A stretch of DNA of 64,000 nt from Polyangiaceae bacterium (GTDB lineage Bacteria > Myxococcota_A > Polyangia > Polyangiales > Polyangiaceae), in NCBI GenBank assembly GCA_050287085.1, contig JBNKBE010000010.1, forward strand, positions 32,001 to 96,000, given 5' to 3'. Made by a program: the position numbers and the translations under genes. Below, one piece after another: positions 19,680 to 29,639 of this stretch; within the stretch, counting starts at the first letter, position 1; each line of letters opens with the position of its first letter. The notes under the pieces were generated by a model. It was given only the letters and a program-made list of their open reading frames with translations, made no database searches and was not told where the DNA came from.

Positions 19680-20885
19680 TCACTCAGCGGTGAACGTGTG
19701 CACCATGTGCTGAGTGTAGGTCTCACCGGGTTTGAGAATGACGGCGTCCTTCCACTCCGGAACGTTGATGGCGTTGACCCAGGCGTGTGTCTCCAGGCAG
19801 AGGGCGTCGTATTGATTGTAGGTAACTCCCTTGCCCTTGATTGTGCCATCCAAGAAGATTCCGGCGTAGAACTGAACTCCGATCTGGTCCGCCGTCAACG
19901 TCATCACACGGCCAGACTTCGGGTCTTTGACCGTCGCGACCGGGCGCAGAGTGCTTGGAGCACCATCAACGATCCAGAAGTGATCGTAACCGACGGGCGT
20001 GCCCCCCACCGCCGCCATGTCTTTGCCGATGGCCTTGGGCGTCCGAAAGTCAAAAGGGGTGCCTTCAACCGGCTCGATGGTGCCATCGGGAACTCGGGCC
20101 ACGTTCGGGTCGCTGGGCTTGTCGCCGGGCGTGTATTTTTCTGCGTGAATGGTCAGTAGAAGGTCTCCGATTCCGCCTTGCCCTACCCCCTGCAGCATCC
20201 AATAGGAGTGGTGTGCTGGGTTTACGATTGTCGTCTTGTCGGTGGTCGCTTCAATGTCGACCTTCAGTTCGTTCTGGCTGGTTAGCGTGTACGTTACCTT
20301 TGCAGTGACGGTGCCCGGAAAGCCCTCCTCGCCATCCTTCGAGACGTAGGTGAAGGCTACGGACGGGTCATCGGCATTCTCACCGGGCTCAGCGGTCCAG
20401 ATAACCTTGTCCCACCCCTTCGTGCCGCCGTGCAGATTGTGGGGTCCGTTGTTGGTAGCAAGCTCGTACGTCTTGCCCTCCAATTCGAACTTGGCGTTCT
20501 TGATGCGGTTCGCGACGCGTCCAACCGTGGTTCCAAAGTAGGGGGTCTTCTCAACGTAGCCGTCGACATTGTCGTATCCGCCAACGATGTCGGCGAACTG
20601 GCCGTCGCGGTCGGGAACCTGAAACTCCGTGATGATCACCCCGTAGTTGGTGACCTTCAGCGAGAGCCCATTGTTGTTGGTGAGCGTGTACAAGTCTACC
20701 GCCTGGCCGTCGACCGTGCCGAAGGGAGCCTTGGTGATGGCCTTGTTGCTTGTTGTTGCGGCACCGCTCGTCGAGCCCTCGTCTTCCGTCTCAGGAGTGT
20801 TGGGCGCTACCTGGGAACCCGTGCAGGCGCACAGCGTGCAGCTCACCAACGCAGCCAAGCCGAGACCCATTCGAAATCGTGTCAT
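19680..20885 (-). CDS. galM: aldose 1-epimerase (mutarotase), lipoprotein form
   Basis: YFG..VGR.ANRI, LHGG..G, GFPG, N.AHHSYW, GYDH, QFYAG, CLET. GGAGGT RBS before ATG 20885; Cys-rich signal. Confidence 0.9.
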   Translation of the reverse strand: MTRFRMGLGLAALVSCTLCACTGSQVAPNTPETEDEGSTSGAATTSNKAITKAPFGTVDGQAVDLYTLTNNNGLSLKVTNYGVIITEFQVPDRDGQFADIVGGYDNVDGYVEKTPYFGTTVGRVANRIKNAKFELEGKTYELATNNGPHNLHGGTKGWDKVIWTAEPGENADDPSVAFTYVSKDGEEGFPGTVTAKVTYTLTSQNELKVDIEATTDKTTIVNPAHHSYWMLQGVGQGGIGDLLLTIHAEKYTPGDKPSDPNVARVPDGTIEPVEGTPFDFRTPKAIGKDMAAVGGTPVGYDHFWIVDGAPSTLRPVATVKDPKSGRVMTLTADQIGVQFYAGIFLDGTIKGKGVTYNQYDALCLETHAWVNAINVPEWKDAVILKPGETYTQHMVHTFTAE

Positions 20886-21396
20886 TGTATTACCTCCGTA
20901 GTGTTCAGAGTCGCGTAAGTCCGCCGCGTCTCCACGCGCCGTCGTCGGGCGCACAATCACGCGGATCCTCTTGGGGTTCTTGGGTCAGCGACTCCATCTG
21001 TTCGTGGCGTCCGGCTTGTTCGAGCTGGACGCCGGTGAATCGAATTGCCAGTGTTTCCAGCTCGCTACCACCAAACCGCTTGCGACCGCGAGGGGAAAGT
21101 CCAGCGCGAAATCCAACGCGGCGATAGGTGCGGCGGCCGGTGTGTCTCCACTTGTTTGAGCAGAGCTATCGCCCGCATGGAGTCGATGCGGCCCAAAGCG
21201 GTCCAAGTTCTGCCTTTGCGGGCGCAATCTACTGTCGGCGCAACGGCTCGTCGCGCTTTGCGGTGGAGCTCGTTGGGGGAGTGGCGTTTGTGTGCAAGGC
21301 GCGTAACACTGGCCCCAGGACCCATGCAGCATTGGGGTGAGACGTGTTGTGTCTCGTACCATCAGCGGCTGTGTGAAACCCAAGAAGAAAGCTCCC

Positions 21397-22731
21397 ATGA
21401 TTCGATCGCGCGCAGTCAATATCGTTGCTCTGAGTATCGCGGCGGCCATGTCCTCCTGTGGCTCTTCGGAGGTTGATCCCGGGCCTTCGAGCTCTGAGAC
21501 GAATGCGCCTTGCGACAACGAGCTTTCGGGCTCGTGCGGCGCGGAGTGCATGCGGGACGAGGACTGTGCCTTGGGGACATTTTGCAGAGGGACATATTGT
21601 TCCGCTGAGTGCACCGCAACCGGTGCGCAATGCGATGGCACCTGCGATGAGCGCGGGCGTTGCGATGGTAGTTTGATTGTTACGGTGCCAGTAGCGGAGA
21701 AACCGGCGGGCACGGATACCGTCATCGATACCGCTTCTGGCCCTGCTTCGGGCGGTTCGAATACCGGCGGAGCGGGCACGGGCGTCAAGAGTTGTGGCGG
21801 GTCCCGGCTGACCGCTGAGTTGAAGCCCGTCAACATGTTCCTGTCGTTCGATCGCTCTCGGTCCATGGCGCAGGACGACAAGTGGCAGCAAGCCACGTCG
21901 GCTTTGACCGCTTTCATTTCGGACCCCGCGGCGGCTGACCTCGGAGTTGCGCTCCGTTTCTTTGGTGACAATGAGTGCAACGATGACAATTGCACCGCGG
22001 CCGCGTGCCGTGAACCGTTGGTCCCGCTCGGTACGCTCATGGCAGAAGCGGGCGCCGCGGATCTCCAGGAAACAGCGCTGATTGAAGCTATCCAGTCGGC
22101 GCAACCCGACTACCTGGGCACTCCGATCCACGCGGCGCTAGCAGGCGCTTTGGACTGGGCGGAGGAGTATCAGGGGAGTCATCCAGAACAAACGACGGTG
22201 GTCGTTCTGGTCACAGATGGAGAGCCGAGAGGTTGTAACGAGGACATTGATGACATCTCCGCTCTTGCGAGCGCTGCGTTTACACGAAGCGGCGTCCGCA
22301 CCTACGCAGTAGGGCTCGAGGGATCGAATCCCGATCAGATGGACCAAATCGCTCGAGACGGACACACCGGGCAGGGGTATCTGATCGGCAGTATGGGCGA
22401 CGCTGCCGCCGAGTTCGCTGCTGCCCTAAGCGAAATCCGCGGTCGCTCACTGGCTTGTGAATTCCCCGTACCGACGCCCACCATGGGCAGTTTGGTGCCG
22501 AACGAAGTGAACGTGTTGCTTGGGGACGGAAACTCAACCGCGCCGCTTGACTACGCAGCGAGTGAACAGGACTGTGGCGCTCAAGGCGGCTGGTACTTCG
22601 ACGACCCACAGAATCCGGACACGATCTACCTCTGCGAGAGTGCGTGTGAGCGGGTGCTGTCAGCACCCGACGCGGTACTCGAGGTTCTGCTCGGGTGCCC
22701 CACTGGTCAGGTTTCTGGCGATATCTTTTAG
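21397..22731 (+). CDS. Cys-rich vWA-domain lipoprotein (myxobacterial type)
   Basis: Lipobox-like AMSSC, Cys-rich N-terminus, MIDAS DRSRS, GTP, LVTDGEP, C-terminal GWYFD...P..I.LC..AC. Confidence 0.8.
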   Translation: MIRSRAVNIVALSIAAAMSSCGSSEVDPGPSSSETNAPCDNELSGSCGAECMRDEDCALGTFCRGTYCSAECTATGAQCDGTCDERGRCDGSLIVTVPVAEKPAGTDTVIDTASGPASGGSNTGGAGTGVKSCGGSRLTAELKPVNMFLSFDRSRSMAQDDKWQQATSALTAFISDPAAADLGVALRFFGDNECNDDNCTAAACREPLVPLGTLMAEAGAADLQETALIEAIQSAQPDYLGTPIHAALAGALDWAEEYQGSHPEQTTVVVLVTDGEPRGCNEDIDDISALASAAFTRSGVRTYAVGLEGSNPDQMDQIARDGHTGQGYLIGSMGDAAAEFAAALSEIRGRSLACEFPVPTPTMGSLVPNEVNVLLGDGNSTAPLDYAASEQDCGAQGGWYFDDPQNPDTIYLCESACERVLSAPDAVLEVLLGCPTGQVSGDIF

Positions 22732-23060
22732 CGATCAACCGCCTCCGCGCGATCTCGTCCTCGCTGGGGCGCAGTAGGTGTACATAGGCCATTCCGCGCA
22801 GGTCCCACTTTGGGCCCGCGGATGGGAGCGTCTTGCTGCGGCGGGCGAGCGTCATGCTGCGGCGGGCGGGCTCGTCGTGGGCGGGACCTTAGCGCTGAGT
22901 CAAGACGCCCTTGGGCTGCACCGCCAAAGCGGCGGAGCGGCTCCAAGCGGACATCCGCTACCAGCGGAATGCGGCAGTTTTTTGTATCGACGGCTGACCG
23001 CTTTCCGGGGTTTGCCGTTCGATATCCGTGACCTCGTTTCAACCTGTGGTCACGACTGAC

Positions 23061-24731
23061 ATGAAGACGACTCAACTATTTCTCACGACACTCGTTCTTG
23101 GCCAGGCGGCGATTGCTGCGGCGACATTGGGCGCCTGCAGCGATGACAAATCGAAGGAACCGGCAGACGGCGCCTTGGGCGCTGCCTGTGAGCCGAGCAA
23201 GGACCAATGCCAAGACGCTCTGGTCTGTGCGCTCATAGCGGAGGGGGAAAGCGCCTGCACCGTTGCGGACGGAGATGTGTGTGAGCCGAAGCGCGACGAT
23301 GTCGACAACGGCGGCTGTCGTCTCAACGCGCTATGTCTGCCTGGCGAAGACGCGGAGGAACCGGCGACTTGCCGCATCGCAGAGGGCGGCGAGTGCGAGC
23401 CTGAGTTCTCGTATTGTCGCGACGAACTGCGCTGTTCCGAGGTGGTAGATGGCTCGCATCGCTGCTTCATGCCCGTCCTGCTCGTTGGTGCGGTCAGTGA
23501 TAGTCGGTCGGGCGCGGCCGTCGAGGGGGCACACATTATCGGCATCGACGACGAGGGCTCCGCGGTCACTTCGGTCGCCGTATCGGATGTCGACGGTCAC
23601 TATGAGCTCGATGTGCCGGTCCTGCGAGAGGAAGACGGAGACCCAAAGAACGCCGCATTCACGCTGCGTGCGGCCGCCCAGGACTATCAGCCCTTTCCAG
23701 AAGGAGTTCGGGTCGCGCTTCCGATTGAGGTTGGGAAGGCAAAGGCGTCGGATGGAGCTTACCGCGTGGACACCGCCCTCACTCAGGTGGCGCTGATCCC
23801 GTTGCCGGAAGGTGAACGATTTCTCGTTGCTGGGCGACTGCTGGCTCGCGACGACGCCGGGACTAGCGGTGACTTGACGGGGGTATTAGTGGTGGCGGCT
23901 GATGGCACCCGTGCCTTGAGCGCAACCACCGACCGGGACGGCACGTTCACCATTTTCAACGTTCCAAAAGGCGACTACGAGGTGCGAGGTTATGCGGCGG
24001 ACGTGCAGCTGAGTTCTACGTCCGTGAAAGTGAACGCGGCCGTTGACGACGTGACGTTGCACGAACTGGGAAGCGAGACCTCAACGCTGCGAGGCAACAT
24101 CCAGCTGGTCAACGCGCCCGGGGGGGCCCTGACGACCGTCATGCTTGTGGTCGAGGATACCTTCGACGCCGCGGCGGGACGCGGCGAGGTGCCTCGGGGC
24201 CTAAGGGCGCCCAGAAGCGGCCAGCCTTCCGTGGATGGTGACTTCGAAATTTCGGGCGTTCCCGAAGGCCGCTATGTGGTGCTGGCAGCCTACGAGAACG
24301 ATGACTTGGTTCGGGATCCGGATGTCAACATTGCTGGCACGGGGTTTGTTAAAGTGGCGGCCCCAGCCAAAGGAACGACGATCGAGCTAAACGATTCCTT
24401 CAAGGTGACTGAGGCCCTCCGCACGATCGGGCCCGGCAGCGACTCACCTGAAGCGGTCAGCGAAGCTCCGATGCTGAGCTGGGCCGACGACAGCAGTGAA
24501 GACTGGTACGAGGTGCGAGTATTTGACGCCTTCGGCGACGAAGTGTGGAGTTTCGAGCAGCCCGGCGTCAGCGGTCAGGACGTCGTCTCGGTCATGTACG
24601 AAGGTCCGCTGGACGCTGGCATGTACTATCAGTTCCGCGTGACCTCGTGGCGTCAGCCGGGCAAGGGCGATCCGGCGCCGATCGCTGCGACGGAGGACTT
24701 GAGAGGGGTCTTCTTTGCGCCGCCGAAGTAG
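23061..24731 (+). CDS. Cys-rich lipoprotein with carboxypeptidase-regulatory-like (Cna-B type) beta-sandwich repeats
   Basis: Lipobox LGAC, Cys repeats, repeated TD.DG.Y/F and VP.G.Y motifs. Confidence 0.7.
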   Translation: MKTTQLFLTTLVLGQAAIAAATLGACSDDKSKEPADGALGAACEPSKDQCQDALVCALIAEGESACTVADGDVCEPKRDDVDNGGCRLNALCLPGEDAEEPATCRIAEGGECEPEFSYCRDELRCSEVVDGSHRCFMPVLLVGAVSDSRSGAAVEGAHIIGIDDEGSAVTSVAVSDVDGHYELDVPVLREEDGDPKNAAFTLRAAAQDYQPFPEGVRVALPIEVGKAKASDGAYRVDTALTQVALIPLPEGERFLVAGRLLARDDAGTSGDLTGVLVVAADGTRALSATTDRDGTFTIFNVPKGDYEVRGYAADVQLSSTSVKVNAAVDDVTLHELGSETSTLRGNIQLVNAPGGALTTVMLVVEDTFDAAAGRGEVPRGLRAPRSGQPSVDGDFEISGVPEGRYVVLAAYENDDLVRDPDVNIAGTGFVKVAAPAKGTTIELNDSFKVTEALRTIGPGSDSPEAVSEAPMLSWADDSSEDWYEVRVFDAFGDEVWSFEQPGVSGQDVVSVMYEGPLDAGMYYQFRVTSWRQPGKGDPAPIAATEDLRGVFFAPPK

Positions 24732-25063
24732 CGCGCTAGCGTTATCCGTCCTGGACTAGCGGGGGCGCAGTTTCGCGCTGCTAGAGTCGAGCGAGGCTCG
24801 CCAGAACCCATTGCCGATACGGGGACGCGGCCGAGCGCATTCGGAATGCCGCTTGGCAATGGATGGGCGGCGAGAAACACGCAGAGTGCAGCCTTCTAGT
24901 CAGTCTGCTTTCTCGTGGTGGCCCCCCGGGCGGAATTGCGCGCTGTCTTGAGGTCGGCTGGGGTTGTTTGTGCCCGCTGGCTGGAGGGAGCCTTCGCACT
25001 ATCGAGGGCGGCGCATGCCGATTGGACGGTGGACGTGCGGTCGGGCTACATTGGGGCGGAGTC

Positions 25064-26782
25064 ATGACGCAGACCAAGAAAGTGGAGTCTCCTAGGATGC
25101 TTCGTGCGCGCTCGGGAAATCGGCCTCAGTGGAGTGTGCTCGCCCTCCTAGCCGCCATCGGCTGCTCGGCAGGAGATGACGGAATGGGAGCGGAGCCAAA
25201 GCCTGGCGACAACACGTACGACGGCCCTGGCGCGGCGGGGCAGGACGGCAACGGAGGGCGTGCGACGGACGTCGAAGGTGCTCCCGACGCCGATCCGGTG
25301 GTACCCCCAAAACCCGAGACGGGCGCAGGCATCACTGAGTGCCGCGAGTCTGATGCGGTGGGACCGACTCCCATCCGCCGACTTGAGACCTTCGAGTACG
25401 TCAGTGCCGTGCGCGACGTCTTCGGAGTCGGCGTCAACGAGGGCAGCCTTCCCTCCGATGAGAAGCTTGGCACCTTCGTCGCAAACGTCACGTCGCCTCT
25501 GGTGGCCGATCATATCGACCGCTATCAGGTCGCCGCACGAGGGGTCGCAGGCAGCGTGGCGCAGCGTTTCGCAGAATTGAGCGGCTGTGCGGGGGCGGCG
25601 GACGCCGAGTGTGTCTCGAAATACCTGAAGGGAGCGGCGCGTCGCTTGTTTCACGGCACCTTAGAGGATGCGGATGCAGCGCGCATCGACGACCTCTATT
25701 CGTCGCTCAGCGCTGAAGCCGACGCAGACGTTGCGGTGGATACGGTTGTTCAGTTCATGCTGTTGTCGCCGCGCTTTCTCTATCTCGTCGAGTTCGGAGA
25801 GCCCGACTCTGGACCAGCACCCCTCACGGGCTCTGAAGTAGCGGGACGCCTTGCCGCGTTCTTGTGGCGATCGGTGCCCGACGAGGGGCTGCTTGCGGCT
25901 GCCGACGCGGGTGAATTGGATACGTCGGAAGGCGTGAAGGCCCATGCCCGGGCTATGATGGCTGAACCCCGAGCACAATCTGTGATGGGCAACTTCGCCA
26001 AGCAGTGGCTGCGAATCGCCGATCCCGCCGCGGATGCTGCTGCCCTCGAGATCGAGGAGTCGGAAGAAGTGGGGCGATTCATGGCGAAGGCGCTCACCGA
26101 CAAGGGCATCACCTTCAAGTCACTCATCAATGGCTATCCAGGGCCGGACACGCCGGAGCTGGGGAGCTTCTACGGTGACGATAGTCCGAGATCGAGCGTG
26201 CTGATGACTGCGGGTTATCTGCGGACCAACTCGACCGGAGACTTCCCATCTTCGGTCAAGCGGGGATACGTGATCCGTAGCTCCCTTCTGTGTCAACCGA
26301 TTGGGTTGCCAACCAACCCGACGGATATGCAACTGGAGGTGGACACCGCGGACCTCAGTCCGCAAGAGGTATTTGCTCGGCATTCCGCCGATCCCATGTG
26401 TTGGGGCTGCCATGTGTCGATGGATCCGCTGGGTGACGCCTTCGGAAAGTATGACAACTTGGGTGCCTACCATCCTGATGGTCCCGGTTCCACCGCCGGC
26501 GAGCTCAGTGGTCTTCCGGATGGCACAGCTTCGTTTGCGGGGGCGGAAGAATTGGTAGACCTGTTAGCCACCAACGCCTCAGCTCAGCAGTGCTTCTTGT
26601 TGCAGAACGTTCGTCACGCATTGGGACGAGGTGAGACAGCGGAGGATGCCTGTTCACTGCAGGACATATTGAGTGGCTATCAGGCCACCGAATTCAGCGT
26701 TCAGGACCTGCTGGTCGAGATTGCGGGGAGCCAAATGTTCCGGACGCGCAATAACGTGGTAGCGAAAGGTGAGTGCCGATAA
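25064..26782 (+). CDS. DUF1592-family heme c (CWGCH) lipoprotein
   Basis: Lipobox AIGC, IRRL...EY...VRD, LLSPRFLY, LWRSVPD..L, VKRG..IR..LLC, CWGCH..MDPLG. TAATG overlap with the next gene. Start may be 25097. Confidence 0.85.
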   Translation: MTQTKKVESPRMLRARSGNRPQWSVLALLAAIGCSAGDDGMGAEPKPGDNTYDGPGAAGQDGNGGRATDVEGAPDADPVVPPKPETGAGITECRESDAVGPTPIRRLETFEYVSAVRDVFGVGVNEGSLPSDEKLGTFVANVTSPLVADHIDRYQVAARGVAGSVAQRFAELSGCAGAADAECVSKYLKGAARRLFHGTLEDADAARIDDLYSSLSAEADADVAVDTVVQFMLLSPRFLYLVEFGEPDSGPAPLTGSEVAGRLAAFLWRSVPDEGLLAAADAGELDTSEGVKAHARAMMAEPRAQSVMGNFAKQWLRIADPAADAAALEIEESEEVGRFMAKALTDKGITFKSLINGYPGPDTPELGSFYGDDSPRSSVLMTAGYLRTNSTGDFPSSVKRGYVIRSSLLCQPIGLPTNPTDMQLEVDTADLSPQEVFARHSADPMCWGCHVSMDPLGDAFGKYDNLGAYHPDGPGSTAGELSGLPDGTASFAGAEELVDLLATNASAQQCFLLQNVRHALGRGETAEDACSLQDILSGYQATEFSVQDLLVEIAGSQMFRTRNNVVAKGECR

Positions 26783-28350
26783 TGCGGCTGACTAGAGGTG
26801 CACTGCGTTCTCGACGCAGCTTTCTGAAGAGCGCCGGCGTGACGGCAGCAACCCTGCCGTTCTTGCGTGCCCTGCCCGGGTACGCGCAGAGTTCCACGTC
26901 CAAGCTGATCTTGGGCTTCAACGGAAACGGGCGCATTCGACACTTGTGGGGTGCAGACGACTCCAGTGGCAGCCTGATGATGCGCCCCAACCTGGCTCCC
27001 CTTCAGCCCTATGCCAAGAACGTCACGATTCTCGATGGGATTCGAAACTTTGGGGCGCCGCAGATTGGAGGAACTCACGAAGGCGGAACGATGAGCCTGT
27101 TCACGGGCGTTGGGGGGGCTCTTGATCCAACAGCGACCAGTGTGGGCTTCGGGAGTATCGACGCCATCTTCATGGCCGCTCAGTCCGACACCGTTCGTTC
27201 GGATAGCTTCTATCAGCAGACCGTGGCGGAGCGGAATACTTCGGAAAATGCGGGACCGAACAATCGCGTTGCGTTTGACACCAGCGGGAATCGTAGAGAT
27301 CCCCATCGCTCGTCATGGGAGGCCTTTGACAACTATCTGGATGGTGCGATCAAGCCCGCGGCGGGGGGAGATCAGCCGGCGCCTGAGGTTGACAAGGGAG
27401 ACCTGGCGAGAACCAAGCTGTTTGAGGCACTGAACGGACAGCTTGGCGAGCTCGAATCGCGCTTGTGTCGAGAAGACTACTACCAGATGCAGGCCATGCG
27501 CGAAGCGGTGGCCCAAGCCGGCAAGTCGATGCAACAGGCTGTGGCCTGTGAGGTGCCAGAACTACCGTCGCGCCCGACCGGGCTCGAGGACTGGGAGCCC
27601 ATCTGGTTGCCTCCGAGTACGACTATCGATTTGGAGTCGAATAGCGACTGGTACTATCTGCGTGGAAGGCTAGCGACAGACTTGCTGGTAATGGCGCTGG
27701 CCTGCGGCGTGACTCGAGCCGGGGTATTGCAGTTTGATCAGGGGGCTGGCGAAGCTCAGGCCGTCGGACAGCCTGAGCATCATCACAATACCTCTCACGG
27801 AGTACCCCAGCTGTCTGAGTTCTTGGTGAGCTACATGGGCACGAAGTCCAGCGATCCGAGTTTGCCCGAGCGCTATCTCAACGGCGATCCGTCGGAGACG
27901 GATCAGTACGCCTTCTACACCATCGACTACCAAGACGAGCCGACGCCAGCGATGCGAGAGCGGTTTGCTGAGGTGTGGGAGAGACTCTCGAAGTGGGAGT
28001 TGTTCTATGCCGATCAGTTTGCGTACCTGTTGCAGCAGTTGGAGGCGTTTGGCCTTATGCAGGACACGGCGGTGCTGTGGGGTAGCGAGCTCGACGACGG
28101 CCAGCATGAGCACTACAACATGCCTTTCGTGTTAGCCTCCGGGGAGAACCTACCGTTTGCCCGCGGCAAAGTCGTTCGCTATCCGCGGTCATTCAAGCAG
28201 ACGGATACGCGCTGGCTCGGAACACCCCAGGGGGAGCCACGCTCACACAACGACCTGCTCCGAACAGTGTTGCACGGGGTTGGCGTAGACGTTCCGAGCG
28301 TGGGCACGGAAGCTTTCAATAGTGGCCTCCTGGACTTGCTCCTAGCGTAG
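26782..28350 (+). CDS. DUF1552-family Tat-exported protein
   Basis: SRRSFLK Tat motif, LAPL, GTHEGG, ALACGVTR, HHNTSH, WGSE..DGQHEH.NMPF. Confidence 0.85.
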   Translation: MRLTRGALRSRRSFLKSAGVTAATLPFLRALPGYAQSSTSKLILGFNGNGRIRHLWGADDSSGSLMMRPNLAPLQPYAKNVTILDGIRNFGAPQIGGTHEGGTMSLFTGVGGALDPTATSVGFGSIDAIFMAAQSDTVRSDSFYQQTVAERNTSENAGPNNRVAFDTSGNRRDPHRSSWEAFDNYLDGAIKPAAGGDQPAPEVDKGDLARTKLFEALNGQLGELESRLCREDYYQMQAMREAVAQAGKSMQQAVACEVPELPSRPTGLEDWEPIWLPPSTTIDLESNSDWYYLRGRLATDLLVMALACGVTRAGVLQFDQGAGEAQAVGQPEHHHNTSHGVPQLSEFLVSYMGTKSSDPSLPERYLNGDPSETDQYAFYTIDYQDEPTPAMRERFAEVWERLSKWELFYADQFAYLLQQLEAFGLMQDTAVLWGSELDDGQHEHYNMPFVLASGENLPFARGKVVRYPRSFKQTDTRWLGTPQGEPRSHNDLLRTVLHGVGVDVPSVGTEAFNSGLLDLLLA

Positions 28351-28418
28351 AGCCGATCCAAGAAGCGCAGCATCGCGTCGACCCCACCAAGGGTGAAGGC
28401 GCGGCCTGGAGAAAGCTA

Positions 28419-28438
28419 GGGAGCGAATGCTCGCTCCC
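28419..28438. terminator. GC-rich hairpin between convergent genes (possible terminator or stabiliser)
   Basis: GGGAGCGA-ATGC-TCGCTCCC perfect 8-bp stem; no clear U-tract. Confidence 0.4.
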
Positions 28439-28489
28439 GGCGGATTCGGTTTTGGCCGGTAGTAAGGAAAGGGCGCCCCGATGCTCGCT

Positions 28490-29257
28490 CTAGGCAATCA
28501 AGTTGTAGCCAAGCTTCTCGACCAGCGCCTTGTCGAGGCGTTCGTTGATTAGCGCGATCTGGTTTGGCTTCAACTTTTCCCGCCACTTCTCCTGCAAGTA
28601 GTAGTCGCGGTAGTAGGAGAAGTCCTTTCCGCGCTCCTTGGTCGATCGCTCGCGGTTTTCAAATCCGCCCTTGCGCTTCGGGAGGTCGAGCGTCGTTCCC
28701 AACTGCTCCACCGCCCGCTGGGGATCGTCGAGAATGTCCTCGTAGCGCAGGTTCGCCGTAGGAAATGATGTGCTCAGTGCAAAGTAGGAAGCGTTCTTTT
28801 GGTTCCAGACGTCGATTGGACTCGAGAGGCCTGCGGGAGCTCGCTCCCGCTCAACAAACGGCGGGGCCTGAGTGATGAAGTCTTCGAACGACGGCTTCTC
28901 TTCCCACACGGGGTAGTAGTTGTACGGCTTATTGTAGAGCGACAGTGCCCATGAGTATGGGTTCTTGCTCACCGTGAGAAAACACAGGCCGCTACGAGCG
29001 ACTGGTAGGCTTGCAATGTCGCTTGGCGAAGGTGCAAATGCGTGTTTCCAGCCGAGATTGCTCCAATAGGAGATCCGGTGGTAGGCGTTCTGTACCTTCT
29101 CGGTGTGGGGGAGCTTATTCCACCGGATCGCTAGGTTGAGCAGGCGAGGCGGGACGCCCCGTAGCTGCTCCACATCCAAGTTCGCTGCAATCAACTTCGT
29201 TAGATAGTTGGTTCCCGTATTCCGCTCTCCGTAGAGCTTGAGCACAGCATTGGGCAT
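28490..29257 (-). CDS. sulfotransferase-like P-loop protein
   Basis: YGERNTGTNYL (5'-PSB-like), GWKH, KNPYSW..S (3'-PB-like), LRYEDILDDP. Confidence 0.65.
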   Translation of the reverse strand: MPNAVLKLYGERNTGTNYLTKLIAANLDVEQLRGVPPRLLNLAIRWNKLPHTEKVQNAYHRISYWSNLGWKHAFAPSPSDIASLPVARSGLCFLTVSKNPYSWALSLYNKPYNYYPVWEEKPSFEDFITQAPPFVERERAPAGLSSPIDVWNQKNASYFALSTSFPTANLRYEDILDDPQRAVEQLGTTLDLPKRKGGFENRERSTKERGKDFSYYRDYYLQEKWREKLKPNQIALINERLDKALVEKLGYNLIA

Positions 29258-29639
29258 GGGTTGACTAGTACCGCACGCTGCGCTGTTTCGGCCGCAATTT
29301 TCGACCCCCCTTGGCCGATTCGCCCGCTGGGCTGTAGCTGCAGTGGACTTCCCTCCAGGCCTGCCCGTGGCCGTCCCGAGAGGTCGAGGTGCAAGCCGGA
29401 CTTGCGGTGGACGATTCGAATTGATTCTGGCGTTGGTCGCCGAGGAAGCAGTGAGGCTGGAGTGCTTGCAAAGTTCTGACTAGCAATAACTACTAGAGCC
29501 GGCTGGGGTGAAGATTTACTATCCTAGCGTTCACGTTCTGCGCTATGGGTCTGCCAATGCTCCGGAAGGTACTTGTGTCCTTGGGACCGGGCTCGGGTGG
29601 GGAAGTCCCTGTCGCGTTGACTTCGTGGGGGGGCCGCGC

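Noticed and set aside
20985..22040. 351-aa minus-strand ORF
   Set aside because: Largely antisense to the vWA lipoprotein and has no recognisable motifs; a GC-rich shadow ORF.
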